Below are positions 48,401 to 60,660 of a stretch of DNA of 64,000 nt, one piece after another. Location of the stretch: NCBI GenBank assembly GCA_964188305.1, contig OZ076885.1; one strand, 5' to 3'. The stretch is from Podarcis bocagei. Lineage: Eukaryota. The notes under the pieces are model-generated. The model was not told where the DNA came from and did no database searches. It was given only the letters and a program-made list of their open reading frames with translations. Position 1 is the first letter of the stretch. Each line of letters opens with the position of its first letter. The position numbers and the translations under genes are program-made.

Positions 48401-49269
48401 GATCAAAGAACCTAAACATGCAACATGCACTTGCCTTATAATCTTGGAAAGTTCCAATACTGCAGAAATAACTCTCTCTCTAGATGGAATATATTCTCAG
48501 ACAGCTGATTTCAAAAGCGAATTGCAAGCTGCTGTTCATTCCATTATTTATGATGAGAAACATGTTCTGACAGCAGAGGAACCCAGTGCCATACCAGAAC
48601 CTAAACACCACAAGTTGCTTGCTTCTTGTTCACCTTCCAAACTAATGCAGTCTGCTACTGTAACTGAGACACCTGTTCAGCAACAATCTGTCAGTAATAT
48701 TATTGGCTCACCTGAGCTACATCATGCTTACCTGAGTACTGAATCAGAAATACAGGAGGAGCAACTTGTGTCTATTCAAGAAGTCCAAACTATTGCTCTC
48801 AGTGAGCACATTAAAGATGTAGGTACAACCACACTCACCCTTGATATTCCTGTAGCAGCAGCCCCAGTTGAGAGGTTAATAGATGCTCTAAAAGTGAAAG
48901 AGAGAAAGGAAGAACTTTTTGAGGAAAATGAAGGGGAGGCACATGTAGTTAAGGCTAGCAAACGAGAAGACAGTCTGGTGAGCAGGGATTGTCCCATCAT
49001 GCGCCAAAGTTTTATAGACACTGTTGTTGAAGAAGGTGACAGTGTAAGTCTTACTTCCATTATAGAAAATGTTAAAGTGGTGAACTGGTATTTTGGGGAT
49101 AAGCTGGTATCTTCAGGAAATGAGTTCAAGTGCTTGCAAGACCATGACACATACACACTAGTAATCAACCAAGCATTCAAGGAAGTGCATCAAGGAGAAT
49201 ACACCTGTGAGGCTCTGAATGAAGGTGGAAAAACAACAGCAGCCGCGAAACTCACAGTTGTAAAAAGAG
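45406..49269 (+). CDS. TTN: titin N2B exon (exon 49): Ig I24, I25, N2B unique sequence, I26; 1288 codons
   Basis: tacag| and g|gttgga, 3864 nt, phase 1-1; SADYKFVFD, CAQGAPAVFEY, FKCLQDHDTYTLVI..HQGEYTCEALN..AKLTVVKR match N2B. Confidence 0.96.
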
Positions 49270-50168
49270 GTTGGAATATGGGGATAAAATATTGCTTTCC
49301 TATTTTCACTCATTTGCTAACTGAATAGAACACACATATACATATTTGTATCTCTAGTATCATTTTGGATACAGATATAAGAAGTATATAAACTTCAGCT
49401 GTGCATCACCAAACTAATCACAGATCCTTCACTTTTTGTTTCCTCTTTAGAACTTTTATTTCTTTAAATATATTTCTTATTCACACCTTTTATTTGCATT
49501 TTTCACTTTTTGCTACTGAAACAAAATTAACTTTTGTTTCATGAATGATGATTGTTAAATAAAACTATTTGTAATTTCAGATTTTTAAAAAAGAGTGCAT
49601 GTCTTAGGAGCACTTTCATCCCCATATCCGCAGAGCAACTTGGTTCACTTTTCCTTTTCATTGCTACAATAAAGATGCAATCCTAAACACGCTTACTAGG
49701 GAGGAAGCCCCACTGAGCACAATGAGACTTGCTTCTGAGTAGACGTGCCAAGAGATTGCACAGCACGTTGTAGAAGTCATTGCACCATTCTAGCATAATG
49801 TCACACCTTTCATGTTGAAAATGTTCTGGTACAACCTGGTATAATTTTATATATCGTGTTGTTTGCATGCCTTTAATAGTAAGTAGCACATCAGAGTATC
49901 TTCAGAGTTCCATTATGCACTGCAATGTATGTAGCCCTCTGGTAGACTGAGCACTGCTTTTGGTTTGCTTTCACCTCTGACAACCATTTTTCTTTACAGC
50001 CACTTTCCTTGGATAGCTCATGAAACCACACATCTCATTTCTGTTGGTCACTTTATTAACAGTGTTTTGGAATGTACACTTATAAGCACCATACATGCTA
50101 TTAGTATTACCATATCCACATGAACGTGGATGGTTGTAACCACATTATTCTTTCACTTTTAACTTCAG

Positions 50169-50447
50169 TTGGACCCATACTGAGGAGAAGGCTGGAGTCC
50201 CAAGAAGTCGCTGTGAACCACCTTGCCAAGTTCACCTGCGAGATCGAGATGGCGCCAGACGTACGGTTTCAATGGTACAGAGCCGGTCGGGAAATCTATG
50301 ATGGCGACAAGTATACCATACACACCACTAATTATACATCCACTCTTCAAATCCCGAGACCGCAAGTAGTTGACTGTGGCGAATACAGCTGCAAAGCTTC
50401 CAATAAGTATGGCAGCGTAAGCAGCAAAGCAACCTTAACGGTAACTG
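50169..50447 (+). CDS. TTN: titin exon 50, Ig I27
   Basis: ttcag| and g|gtaagt, 279 nt; HLAKFTCEI..QVVDCGEYSCKASN. Confidence 0.95.
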
Positions 50448-51300
50448 GTAAGTGCGAGTCATGAACCCTGTGCTGCTTCCTTGTTAGGTAACTGAATGCG
50501 TTCACCATTAGTATGTGGTAAAATGCATCTAGGGCCAATAACAGACTAAGGATTTCCATTTCTGTGCATATAGATATAGAAGAAAATACCAGGTATTTGG
50601 CCCCCAGGTTCAACGTACATATCCAGGAGCAAAAAATATATTTCCATCGGAAGCTGAGTCAAAGAACAGAACTTAGGATATGGTCAAATTACCCATTTGT
50701 AATTATTGTATATTATTTTGGAACTCTTTTAAGCATGGAGGAAAACACGAATAATAAAGGGAATACTCTAGTTCATTTCAGATGTGCACCATTTGGTACA
50801 AGCACACACACTACAGGCACCTCTCTCTAGTGATGGAAGAAATGCAGTTGGCGAAGGAGATTGTAGGCAATAACTTCCACACTTAAAGCATTTCGCACTG
50901 GGGTCGGGAGGAGAGAAGAATGCAGCAAGGGCATGGATTGTGCCCAGAGGCATTTGAAATGTTTTTTGATTCCGTCATATTCACCTATAATTCTCTCTTA
51001 AATGTCTTAAGCTTCTCAAAAAGACTATAGTACTAACTGAGTCGTCTGATCATGATTTTGCTGGGATGCAGTTCATTTTATTTACTCTTTGAGACCCATG
51101 CTTACAGAAGTAGTGGGTGATGGGAGCCATCTTGAAGTGAATAAAGGATACATAATGACATCACTCGTTTAAAAAGTTCTCCCTAGGCCTTTTTATTACT
51201 ATAATAATTGCCTATACCTTTCATCTTACTGGAATCTGTATTGCTGGTTAATTCATGGCATGCACTTCAAATCCTCACATGTAAACCTAATTTCATGACT

Positions 51301-51426
51301 AAATAACTCTTGCTAGATGGCTTTTAAAACTGCTCTTTTAGATAACAAATAACTCTTGATAGATTGCTTTTAGAACTGCTCTTTTAGATAACAAATAACT
51401 CTGGCTAGATGGCTTTTAAAACTGCT
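51301..51426. repeat. 46-nt minisatellite x~2.7
   Basis: aaataactcttgctagatggcttttaaaactgctcttttagataac unit. Confidence 0.92.
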
Positions 51427-51611
51427 AGATCATCCTAATGATTTCCTGGATATATTGAGTCTTGAGAATCTTTACTGCACATTATTTCTAGGCAATTTAA
51501 TGCGTGTATATGGAGACAGCGTTTCTGTCTCCTTTCTTTGGTGCTGGGGTGTGGGGGAAAGGTTGCTGTATTGGCCAAGTCCATGTCAACTTTCCCCCCT
51601 TTCTTTTGCAG

Positions 51612-52175
51612 AAGCGTTTCCTCCAACCTTTCTAACCAGACCCGAATCTATTACTACTTTTGTGGGTAAGAGTGTCAGGTTCCTCTGCACAGTGGCAGGC
51701 ACCCCTGTAATCGACACAGTGTGGCAGAAGGATGGTGCCGCCATTTCTTCCACAGAACATTGCAAGATTTCAGCTTCTGAGAATAAGCACAGTTTAGAGA
51801 TTCCACGCCTCACAGTAAATGACAGGGGGGTATATACCTGCAAAGCCTCAAACAAATTTGGAGCAGACATCTGCCAGGCAGAAATAGCTGTCATCGATAA
51901 ACCACGATTCGTCAAGGAACTGCAGTCTGTTCAGTCTGCAGTCAATAAGAAGATACATCTTGAATGCCAAGTGGATGAAGACAGGAAAGTCACAGTATCC
52001 TGGAGCAAGGATGGAACCCGAATACCTCCAGGCAAAGATTACAAGATTTGCTTTGAAGACAAGATAGCATCACTTGATATCCCTCTGTCTAAACTTAAAG
52101 ATTCAGGAACATATGCATGCACTGCTGCAAATGAGGCTGGAAGTAGCTCTTCTTCGGCCACTGTAACAATCAGAG
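51612..52175 (+). CDS. TTN: titin exon ~51, two Ig domains
   Basis: tgcag| and g|gtaagg, 564 nt. Confidence 0.95.
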
Positions 52176-52855
52176 GTAAGGAAATTGTCGGCCTGCTAAA
52201 CTTGGTGCCATTTATGTCCTCTTATTTATAGTAGTTGTGCTTCAAAGAGGAGCTGCCAGAGTTGTGCCGCGGGTTTAAGTGGGCCCCGGCCACACCCCCA
52301 CAGTGCCCTGATTGGCCGCCTGGCAAATGGCGTGGCCGGGTCACCCTCAACATGACGCAGGACGCTATCCTGCACCACGCTGAGGCAGGGGTGGGGCCTG
52401 GTGGCCTGAGCGTAAACCCGGTCCCACACGGAACTGATTTGTTAGTTCCAAATAATGAAGAAATGAGAGGTAACATTGAGAAGGAAAAAGCTAATCATAG
52501 CACATTTCTCCAAGTGTGGTGTGGTGTTTCTTTGTAAAAAGAAAAGCTACAATCTTTTTCACTCGTCTTTGTGTCTTTACTAAAGCTTATTGTCTGATTT
52601 CCTTAAATGTGAAACTTTATTCCAGTGTTGACTAAAACTGTCGTTTATTTATTTTTCCGTCCTAGGTGATTCTTTAGAGAAGTTCTGGTTTACCATGATA
52701 AAAGGCAGAACTAAGAACATTGGTGGGAATTGGAGTTTTGTCCTGGATAGATATCTGCATGCTTCTCAAAAGCTTATCTTTGTAATCGTCCTATCAAATC
52801 GATCTTCTTAAGGTGTTATATTTCAGGCTTCTTTCTTTCTGAACTTTTCTTCTAG

Positions 52856-53137
52856 AGCCACCATCGTTCCTGAAGAAAGTGGACCCCTCTTACTTGTTGA
52901 CTCCTGGAGAGTCAGCACACCTTCAGTGCAAAATCAAAGGGTCTCCTGAGATCCAGGTGACATGGTACAAAAATAACAAAGAAATTAGAGAGAGCGACAC
53001 ACAGAGGATGTCTTTTGCCAATAACGTGGCTGTGCTAGATATTACCAATGTGAAAGTTGATGACAGTGGAAGTTACTCGTGCGAAGCAGCTAATGATGCT
53101 GGCAGTGACAGCTGTAGTACTGAGATTGTTGTCAAAG
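52856..53137 (+). CDS. TTN: titin exon ~52, middle tandem Ig
   Basis: ctag| and g|gtttgt, 282 nt. Confidence 0.94.
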
Positions 53138-53241
53138 GTTTGTTCTTAAACCCAGGGGTGCTTTCTTTTCAAGGTGCTCTGTTCTGTTGCAAGTGTACTA
53201 TCGCTCACTAATTCTTTATTCATGCTTTGATGATTTTATAG

Positions 53242-53520
53242 AGCCTCCTACTTTCATCAAAACTCTTGAGCCGGGCGACATAGTGAGAGGAATGAATGCC
53301 ACTCTTCACTGTGAGGTTTCTGGTACTGGACCATTTGAAATCAGTTGGTTTAAAGACAGGAAACAAATTCGCAGTAGTAAAAAATACAGGTTGACTTCCC
53401 AAAAGTCTCTTATCTCTCTGGAGATTTCTTCATTTAATAGTGCAGATGTTGGTGAATATGAATGTTCCATAGCGAATGAAGTTGGAAAATGTGTTTGCAG
53501 TGCAACATATATACTGAAAG
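53242..53520 (+). CDS. TTN: titin exon ~53, middle tandem Ig
   Basis: atag| and g|gttagt, 279 nt. Confidence 0.94.
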
Positions 53521-54512
53521 GTTAGTGAGCAAGTGAACAAACAAAACCTATTTTTAACATGTACAAAAGGAGAAAATAACTCTTTCGTGGAAACCAATTT
53601 TTCTTTTTTAGCTGTCTCCTTTCCTTCTCTTTCTGTTTCTTGTTGCATCTTGGAATCTTTTCTTATATTCTTGAACGCAGGAATAAAGGCAGAGAACAGA
53701 TTTCATTGAGCTTAATTCCCAAGCAAGAGGCTGTTTTACACATGTTTAGGTGTGGGGGAGAAAGTCAATTCAGTTCTCTTTTAAAGGTGACCTTACCTTT
53801 CAAAAGAATATGCGGACCAGAACACCACCATCCTTTAAAATTCACACTTCTCTGAATTTTGCAATGCAGTGTTCCAGCTGGGAAATGAAAAATAGTTTTG
53901 GGAAATAGTGAATATTGGACAAAACAGCATTAAAAATGTGTGTGGTAGAAGAAATTCACACTAAAATGCTGATAAACTTTCACGAGGACTTTTAAAAACT
54001 GCAATCTGATGTGGAAATGTGAGGACTCAATTTAAGACTTTTAAAAAAGAGGAACTGATAGGTTTCCCATCCCTACACATGATATGTAAAGAATTTATTG
54101 CTTCTGTCAGCTTGTGATACAAATGTAAAACCTACCCAAGTCAGAATTCTAATTTGCAATGCTAATGCATCTTTTCATCTCCCATCCCCCACATTATCAG
54201 TACTCAAAGTTCCACCAAGTAATGAAAGAGGAGCCCAAAGGCAATGTAAAAAAAATGCTCTTAGCATTCCCACACACTTACTTAAGAGTAAGCCTTGCTG
54301 AACTCAATGTGACTTACCACTGAGTAGGCACGCCTATGATTGGTCTGTTAGCCTTTCCTTTGATAAGTATAATGTCATGCAAATCAGAGGGATTCCAACA
54401 TAAAGCATAGCCAAAAGGCAAAATCTCTACTCCAGACATCCTTCTGAGAAGCAAGCTTTGGTACACAGTAAAATAATTCCTCTTTTACTCTTCCTAGTCC
54501 TCTCATTTACAC

Positions 54513-54757
54513 CAGTAGTGGGGAACCTGTGGTCCTTCAAGTGTTGCTGAACTACAATTCCCATCAGCCCCAGTCAGCATGACCAATTTGTAGTTCATCA
54601 ACATCTGGAGGACCAAAGGTTTTCCACTCCTGGTTTACATCAATGATGGGGAAACTGTAGCCTTCCAGATGTTGTTGGACCCCATAATTCCTGACCATTG
54701 GCTAATGGGGTGGGAGTTGGAGTACCATATCTAGAGTGCCACAGGTTCCTCACATCT
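54513..54757. mobile_element. two adjacent short hAT-like MITEs
   Basis: First copy 54513-54632 with near-TSD atttacac / gtttacat; a second related copy follows immediately. Confidence 0.6.
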
Positions 54758-55005
54758 ACTTCACCTGGATTAATTTCCCTGCTGTCAAATGGAAGACATT
54801 TACTTATTGCTCAACAAATAATGGTTTCTCCCTCTCCAGATTGAAATGGTAATTTTTCCCCTAACATTCAGAGGTAGTAATCCATAAAAGACGTTGCCAT
54901 TGTATCCAGAAGGCAATTTATTTTCTTTAAAAAGCCTTAAATGCAGCACCATATGATGCAATGATAGATAAGGGTTTTTCTTCCTTTCTTTCTTTTTCAA
55001 ATTAG

Positions 55006-55284
55006 AACCTCCCTCTTTCATTAAGAAAATCGAAGATGTTACTGCACTCGCTGGGGATGAAGTTTTCTTACAGGCAGCTGTGAGAGGCTCAGCTCCTATT
55101 TCTGTCACTTGGATGAAGGGGAAAGATATTATTAAAGAAGATAACAAAGTCAAAGTGACCTTTGAAAATGGCATTGCAACTTTGCAAATCACAGATGTCC
55201 AGATTAGGTCTGGTGGTAAATATACATGTCTGGCTGAGAATGATGCAGGAAGCCAAACATGTTTTGGAGAATTAGCAGTTAAAG
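55006..55284 (+). CDS. TTN: titin exon ~54, middle tandem Ig
   Basis: ttag| and g|gtcagt, 279 nt. Confidence 0.94.
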
Positions 55285-55379
55285 GTCAGTGTAGGAGCAC
55301 TTTAAGATCACACAATTCTTATACACAGGCATATTGTTCGCATTAGGTCTATAATGACCACTGTTTAATTCTGTTATAG

Positions 55380-55658
55380 AGCCTGCTACCATTGTTGAGA
55401 GAGCTGAATTCATTCAGGTGACGGCAGGGGACCCAGCAACTCTGGAATACACTGTTGCAGGCACTCCAGAGCTCAAAACGAAATGGTTCAAAGACGGAAA
55501 GCCTCTGGCTTCTAACAAAAAGTATAGAATCAGTTTTAAGAACAATGTTGCTCAGTTGAAATTCTACACCGCTGAATTGCACGATACTGGCGAAATCACC
55601 TTTGAAGTTTCAAACGATGTTGGACGCAGTTCGTGCACCACCTCATTTACTGTGTTAG
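55380..55658 (+). CDS. TTN: titin exon ~55, middle tandem Ig
   Basis: atag| and g|gttggt, 279 nt. Confidence 0.94.
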
Positions 55659-55790
55659 GTTGGTAATCCAGTAGCGCTACTGCGATTTAGATGGTAGAAC
55701 AATTAGAAGGTGGGAGGTGGGAGGGGACACTCCTAAAACACTCTTTTTGATATATATTGGTTTTCTTTTCTTTGCTGTGCCTTGGAACAG

Positions 55791-56078
55791 ATCGCACCCT
55801 TCCTCCGTTCTTTACCAAACCTCTGCGGAACGTCGATAGCGCGGTTGGTGGCTCCTGCCACTTTGACTGCAAAGTATCAGGTTCTCTTCCAATAAAAGTG
55901 TCTTGGTTTAAGCATGACAAAGAGATCACTGCCAGTGCCAAGTATGCAATACGCTACGAAGAAGGTTCAGCGTCTTTGGACATCAAACACCTGGATACCA
56001 ATGACGCAGGAGTGTATTCCTGCAGAGCTACTAACTCTGCAGGGGGCAAGGAAAGCCATGGAACTTTAACGATAAAAG
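55791..56078 (+). CDS. TTN: titin exon ~56, middle tandem Ig
   Basis: acag| and g|gtttga, 288 nt. Confidence 0.94.
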
Positions 56079-56211
56079 GTTTGACATCTTCTTTTGCATT
56101 CTCTTCTCAGTATCTCTTTTAACCGTTCTTTCCCCACCCCCTTTTTAACTCCTCACTACATTAAGTTGCACTACTGATTCTTTCCAACTCTTTCTTTCAA
56201 ACAATGTGTAG

Positions 56212-56490
56212 AGCCACCTAGCTTCGTGACAGAGCCAGAGTCTCAAGAAATATCTCCCGGGTCAACAGTGCGTTTGAAGAGTACATTTAAGGGAACAGCG
56301 CCACTCTCTGTGCAATGGTTTAAGGGTGATGCTGAGCTAACAACTGGCGGAGCTTGTTACATCATGACAGAAGCTTTGTCGAGTTACTTGGAGCTTTACG
56401 CTGTGAAACCTGCTGATTCAGGCGCCTATTCTTGCAAAGTCAGCAACGCGGCTGGTTCAGCCTCATGCAGTGCAAATTTGTTTGTCCAAG
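56212..56490 (+). CDS. TTN: titin exon ~57, middle tandem Ig
   Basis: gtag| and g|gtttgc, 279 nt. Confidence 0.94.
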
Positions 56491-56605
56491 GTTTGCACAA
56501 CTCTTTCTCTTATGATGATATGCTTGGGTGACGATTTGAGGTGCCTCTTATTTTTCCCTAACCTCTTTCTACAACTCTTCTTAATAACATTCTTTAATTC
56601 CACAG

Positions 56606-56887
56606 AACCTGCTACTTTCGTGGAAAGACTTGAGCCGTCGCAGTTGATTAAGAAAGGAGAATACGCCCAATTAGAATGTAAAGTTACAGGCACGCCTGAA
56701 ATTAAAATCTCTTGGTTCAAGGATGACAGGGAAATTAAAGACAGTGCCAAACACAAGATGACTTTGGTGGGCTCCACAGCAGTCCTCAGACTCCTGGATG
56801 TCACTCTTGAAGACTGTGGTGAATATACATGTGAGGCAAAAAATAATGCTGGGAAAGATACCTGCAGTAGTGTCGTGGTTGTAAAAG
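56606..56887 (+). CDS. TTN: titin exon ~58, middle tandem Ig
   Basis: acag| and g|gtgtgt, 282 nt. Confidence 0.94.
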
Positions 56888-56997
56888 GTGTGTGCAAGTA
56901 CCCCTCCACTCAATTTTCTCAGCAAGTCTTTCAAGCCTTTTAAAGGTCCCAGAACCAATTAACAACCCTCACTCTTTCTTTCTGTCTTGTGCTATAG

Positions 56998-57276
56998 AGT
57001 CCCCTTACTTTGTCAAGGAATTTGAACCAAGGGAAGTGTTAAAAGACTCAGATGTGATACTGGAATGTGAGGTCTTAGGTACCCCTCCATTTGAGGTCTA
57101 TTGGTTAAAGGACAACAAACCTGTGAGGAGCAGTAGAAAGCACAGAATAAGCATTGAGAATTCCTTGATTAGCCTCCAGGTTTTCAAGTTTGACTCTTCA
57201 GATGCAGGAGAATACCAGTGCAGGGTAACAAACGATGTAGGAAGCTGTGTCTGTAGCTCTGAGTTGGCTCTGAAAG
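56998..57276 (+). CDS. TTN: titin exon ~59, middle tandem Ig
   Basis: atag| and g|gtcagt, 279 nt. Confidence 0.94.
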
Positions 57277-57361
57277 GTCAGTACCGCCTGGAAAATATAA
57301 TAATTTAATTCTGATGTTTAGTTGAGGCTAATACTCACCAAGGCATCTATTCTTTCAATAG

Positions 57362-57640
57362 AACCCCCACAATTTGTGAAGAGGATTGAGAACATTAGCT
57401 CACTTAGAGGAGGCACAATAGTATTTCAAGCAACTATTAAAGGTTCCATGCCTATAACAGTCTCTTGGCTGAAAGATAATGATGACATTGTTGAAGACGA
57501 TAACACCAAAATGACCTTTGTGAACAATGTGGCCACTCTTATGATCAGGGCCATAGAAGTGAAGCACGATGGGAAATATTTTTGCCAGGCTAAAAATGAT
57601 GCTGGAATCCAAAGATGTTCTGCTTTACTAACAGTAAAAG
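57362..57640 (+). CDS. TTN: titin exon ~60, middle tandem Ig
   Basis: atag| and g|gtttgt, 279 nt. Confidence 0.94.
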
Positions 57641-57744
57641 GTTTGTAGAGCTTCCTCCCGCCTCCTTAATTTATAGCATCGTGTTTTGCTAACGTCTACA
57701 CTTCAAGTCACCCAGACTCATATTTGCTCCTGTATTTATCACAG

Positions 57745-58023
57745 AGGCAGCCACCATCACTGATAAAGCTGTTTCCATTGATGTCACGGAAGGCGACCCA
57801 GCCACACTGCAGTGTAGATTTTCAGGAACAAAAGATATTACTGCCAAGTGGTTCAGAGATGGAAAGGAGTTGACATTGGGACACAAATATAAAATCAGTG
57901 TTACCGATACAGTCTCTATGCTAAAGATTGTTTCTACCGAAAAGAAAGATAGCGGCGAATACACATTTGAGGTTTCAAATGATGTCGGAAGCAGCAGCTG
58001 TAAAGCTAGCATTAATGTCTTAG
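57745..58023 (+). CDS. TTN: titin exon ~61, middle tandem Ig
   Basis: acag| and g|gttcgt, 279 nt. Confidence 0.93.
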
Positions 58024-58169
58024 GTTCGTATTGTGTATCCCTCTTCTCTTGGAGGTGGGTCGGTTGGTGGGTGCTGGCCACAACTGCAATTCTTATTTTC
58101 TTTTTATGCCAAAGGCCAGCAAAGTGGCATCCTAATCTAATATCTATCTTTTTGGTTTGTCTTGGGTAG

Positions 58170-58457
58170 ATCTGATCATACCGCCTAAATTCACCAAAAA
58201 GCTAAAGAAAATGGATAGCATTAAGGGCTCTTTTGTTCACCTTGAGTGTATAGTGTCTGGTTCACACCCAATAAGTATCCAGTGGTACAAGGATGGCCAA
58301 GAGATAACTGCTAGTGAAAAGCACAAGTATTCTTTCCATGATAACATGGCATTCTTGGAGATCAACCAGCTTGAAGGTGCAGATAGTGGATCTTATACCT
58401 GCGAGGCAACAAATAAAGCTGGAAGCAACCAATGCAGTGCTCATTTAACCGTCAAAG
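58170..58457 (+). CDS. TTN: titin exon ~62, middle tandem Ig
   Basis: gtag| and g|gtttgg, 288 nt. Confidence 0.94.
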
Positions 58458-58589
58458 GTTTGGACATCTTGTACTTTTTCTCCTAGGCGGCAGGCTTATT
58501 TGCCACGTTGCTTTGATTCTGGTTTTTGTTTATCGTTCCAAAATGAATGACCACCTTCTTTTCCTGGTCTTTCTTCCCACTCTTTGTAG

Positions 58590-58868
58590 AACCCCCATGC
58601 TTTGTTGAAAAGCCACAGTCACAAGATGTGGTACCAGCTGCCAGAGTCCAACTCAAAGCTCTTGTGAGCGGCACGCCTCCCATACAAATAAAGTGGTTCA
58701 AAGATAGCAAAGAACTCCTTTCGGGAGCTTCTCGCTCAGTTTACAAAGATGACACTTCAAGCGTGCTGGAACTCTTTTCAGCCAAGACGTCTGATTCAGG
58801 GAACTATATCTGCCAATTAAGCAATGACGTCGGGACAACAACCTGCAAGACAACTCTTTTTGTGAAAG
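58590..58868 (+). CDS. TTN: titin exon ~63, middle tandem Ig
   Basis: gtag| and g|gtctgc, 279 nt. Confidence 0.94.
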
Positions 58869-58909
58869 GTCTGCACTTTTACATCCTGTGTTATCAGCTG
58901 CGATTTGTG

Positions 58910-58994
58910 CAGCTCAATCCTATGCATGTCTACTTGAGTGTAAGTCCCACTGTGTTAGATGGGGATTACAGTAAGTATGTGCATAGGATTGCAA
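58910..58994. repeat. short palindromic dispersed repeat (related copies at ~49676-49760, ~54270-54345, ~40160-40310, ~42080-42180)
   Basis: caatcctatgcat ... gtgcataggattg inverted ends with internal agtaagtcccactg..gggattac. Confidence 0.6.
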
Positions 58995-59075
58995 TCTACC
59001 TTAGTTTTTTAGTTGGTTTGTGTTTTTTAAAGCCAATTACTATTTTCTAAATAATTATTTTAAATTTTATTTTAG

Positions 59076-59357
59076 AGCCCCCTAGGTTTCTTCAGAAGCC
59101 TAGCCCTGTAGTAGCTTTGAGAAAAGGACAGTCTACCACTTTTGAATGCCAGGTAGCGGGTACACCGGAAATCCGTGTCCTTTGGTACCTTGATGGGAAC
59201 GAAGTGCTGGACCATGCTAAATATGGAGTCTCGTTAGTAGACAACATGGCGACTTTTAAAGTTTCCAATGCTAAAGTGGAGGATAGCGGGACTTACATCT
59301 GCGAGGCCCGCAATGACGCAGGTAGTGAGAGTTGCAGCATTGAACTGAGAGTGAAAG
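59076..59357 (+). CDS. TTN: titin exon ~64, middle tandem Ig
   Basis: ttag| and g|gttagt, 282 nt. Confidence 0.94.
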
Positions 59358-59454
59358 GTTAGTTGCTAAGAATTCCTTTTCCAGTTCCTTCAGCCATGCA
59401 GTTGGGTTCCTCCCCTTATTTCTGAGGTTGCTTTGTTTTCTTCTACTACTTTAG

Positions 59455-59733
59455 AACCTCCCACATTTGTGAGGGAGCTAAAACCTGTGGAAGTAGTAAG
59501 AACCTACGATGCTGTGTTAGAATGTGAAGTCACAGGGACTCCTCCGTTTGAAGTGACCTGGCTGAAGAACAACAACGAGATCCGAAGTAGCAAGAAATAC
59601 ACCATGACTGATCAGCAATCTGTTTTTGCCCTTCATATCATGAACTGTGATGTTCAGGATGCTGGCGAATACCAGTGCATTATTTCAAATGAAGGGGGCA
59701 GCTGTTCCTGTAGCACAAAAGTCAGTCTGAAAG
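59455..59733 (+). CDS. TTN: titin exon ~65, middle tandem Ig
   Basis: ttag| and g|gtcagt, 279 nt. Confidence 0.94.
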
Positions 59734-59860
59734 GTCAGTTCAGTAATCATAGTAGGGAAAAAGCCTAAGAAACATTCCGTTTGTTCTCTCACCTCCTTTA
59801 GTAAATTTTAAACCTTGCCCAGGTTTCATTCCGGCTTTTTTATATTTTTAATAAACACAG

Positions 59861-60139
59861 AACCCCCATCCTTCATCAAGAAGTTAGAAAACGTCCACGC
59901 TGTTTTGAAGAGCTCTGCTGTATTTCAATGCACTGTGGCTGGTTCTCAGCCTTTAACAGTGTCTTGGATAAAAGACGAAAGAATAATTGAAAACGATGAC
60001 AGCTTCCACATTACATTTGAAAACAATGTGGCGAGACTGAAGATCAGGCATGTTGACCTCGGTCACAGTGGGAGATACACCTGTCAGGCAAAGAATGAGT
60101 CAGGAGTTGAGAAGTGTTTTGCTTTACTTTTAGTGCAAG
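59861..60139 (+). CDS. TTN: titin exon ~66, middle tandem Ig
   Basis: acag| and g|gtttgt, 279 nt. Confidence 0.94.
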
Positions 60140-60244
60140 GTTTGTGAGTTTTGATTCCTATTTTGATTCCTCAGTAAGCACCAGTCTTCTGCCGGTTACT
60201 CATCGGAAGACTTCAATATATTTGTGTTTTTATTCTTACTCCAG

Positions 60245-60523
60245 AACCTGCTCAGATCATAGAAAAAGCTAAATCAATTAAAGTTACGGAGAAAGACCCA
60301 GTCACTCTAGAATGCACTGTGGCTGGAACACCAGAACTTCAAGTAAAATGGTCCAAAGATGGCAAACAACTCATGCCCAGCAGATATTACACCATGAGCT
60401 TTGACAATAATGTGGCTAGGTTCAGGATTGAGTCCATTATGAAGGAGGACAGCGGCACATACACCTTTAAGGTTGAAAATGAGTTTGGAAGCAGCACCTG
60501 TGAGGCTACTTTGTCTGTACTAG
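60245..60523 (+). CDS. TTN: titin exon ~67, middle tandem Ig
   Basis: ccag| and g|gtttgt, 279 nt. Confidence 0.94.
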
Positions 60524-60660
60524 GTTTGTATTTTGTTTGGTCAAAATGGAGCATGTTCTTTTTCAATCAACATTTTAATTGCCTGTGTATTTTTCATGAA
60601 GAAGAATGACTAAAGCAAGGAATCTGATGCTACTTACCTTCTTCCCTCCTTTCTGGGCAG

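Noticed and set aside
45426-49328. 1300-aa ORF as an independent gene
   Set aside because: GTG start, bounded by phase-1 splice sites; it is the N2B exon
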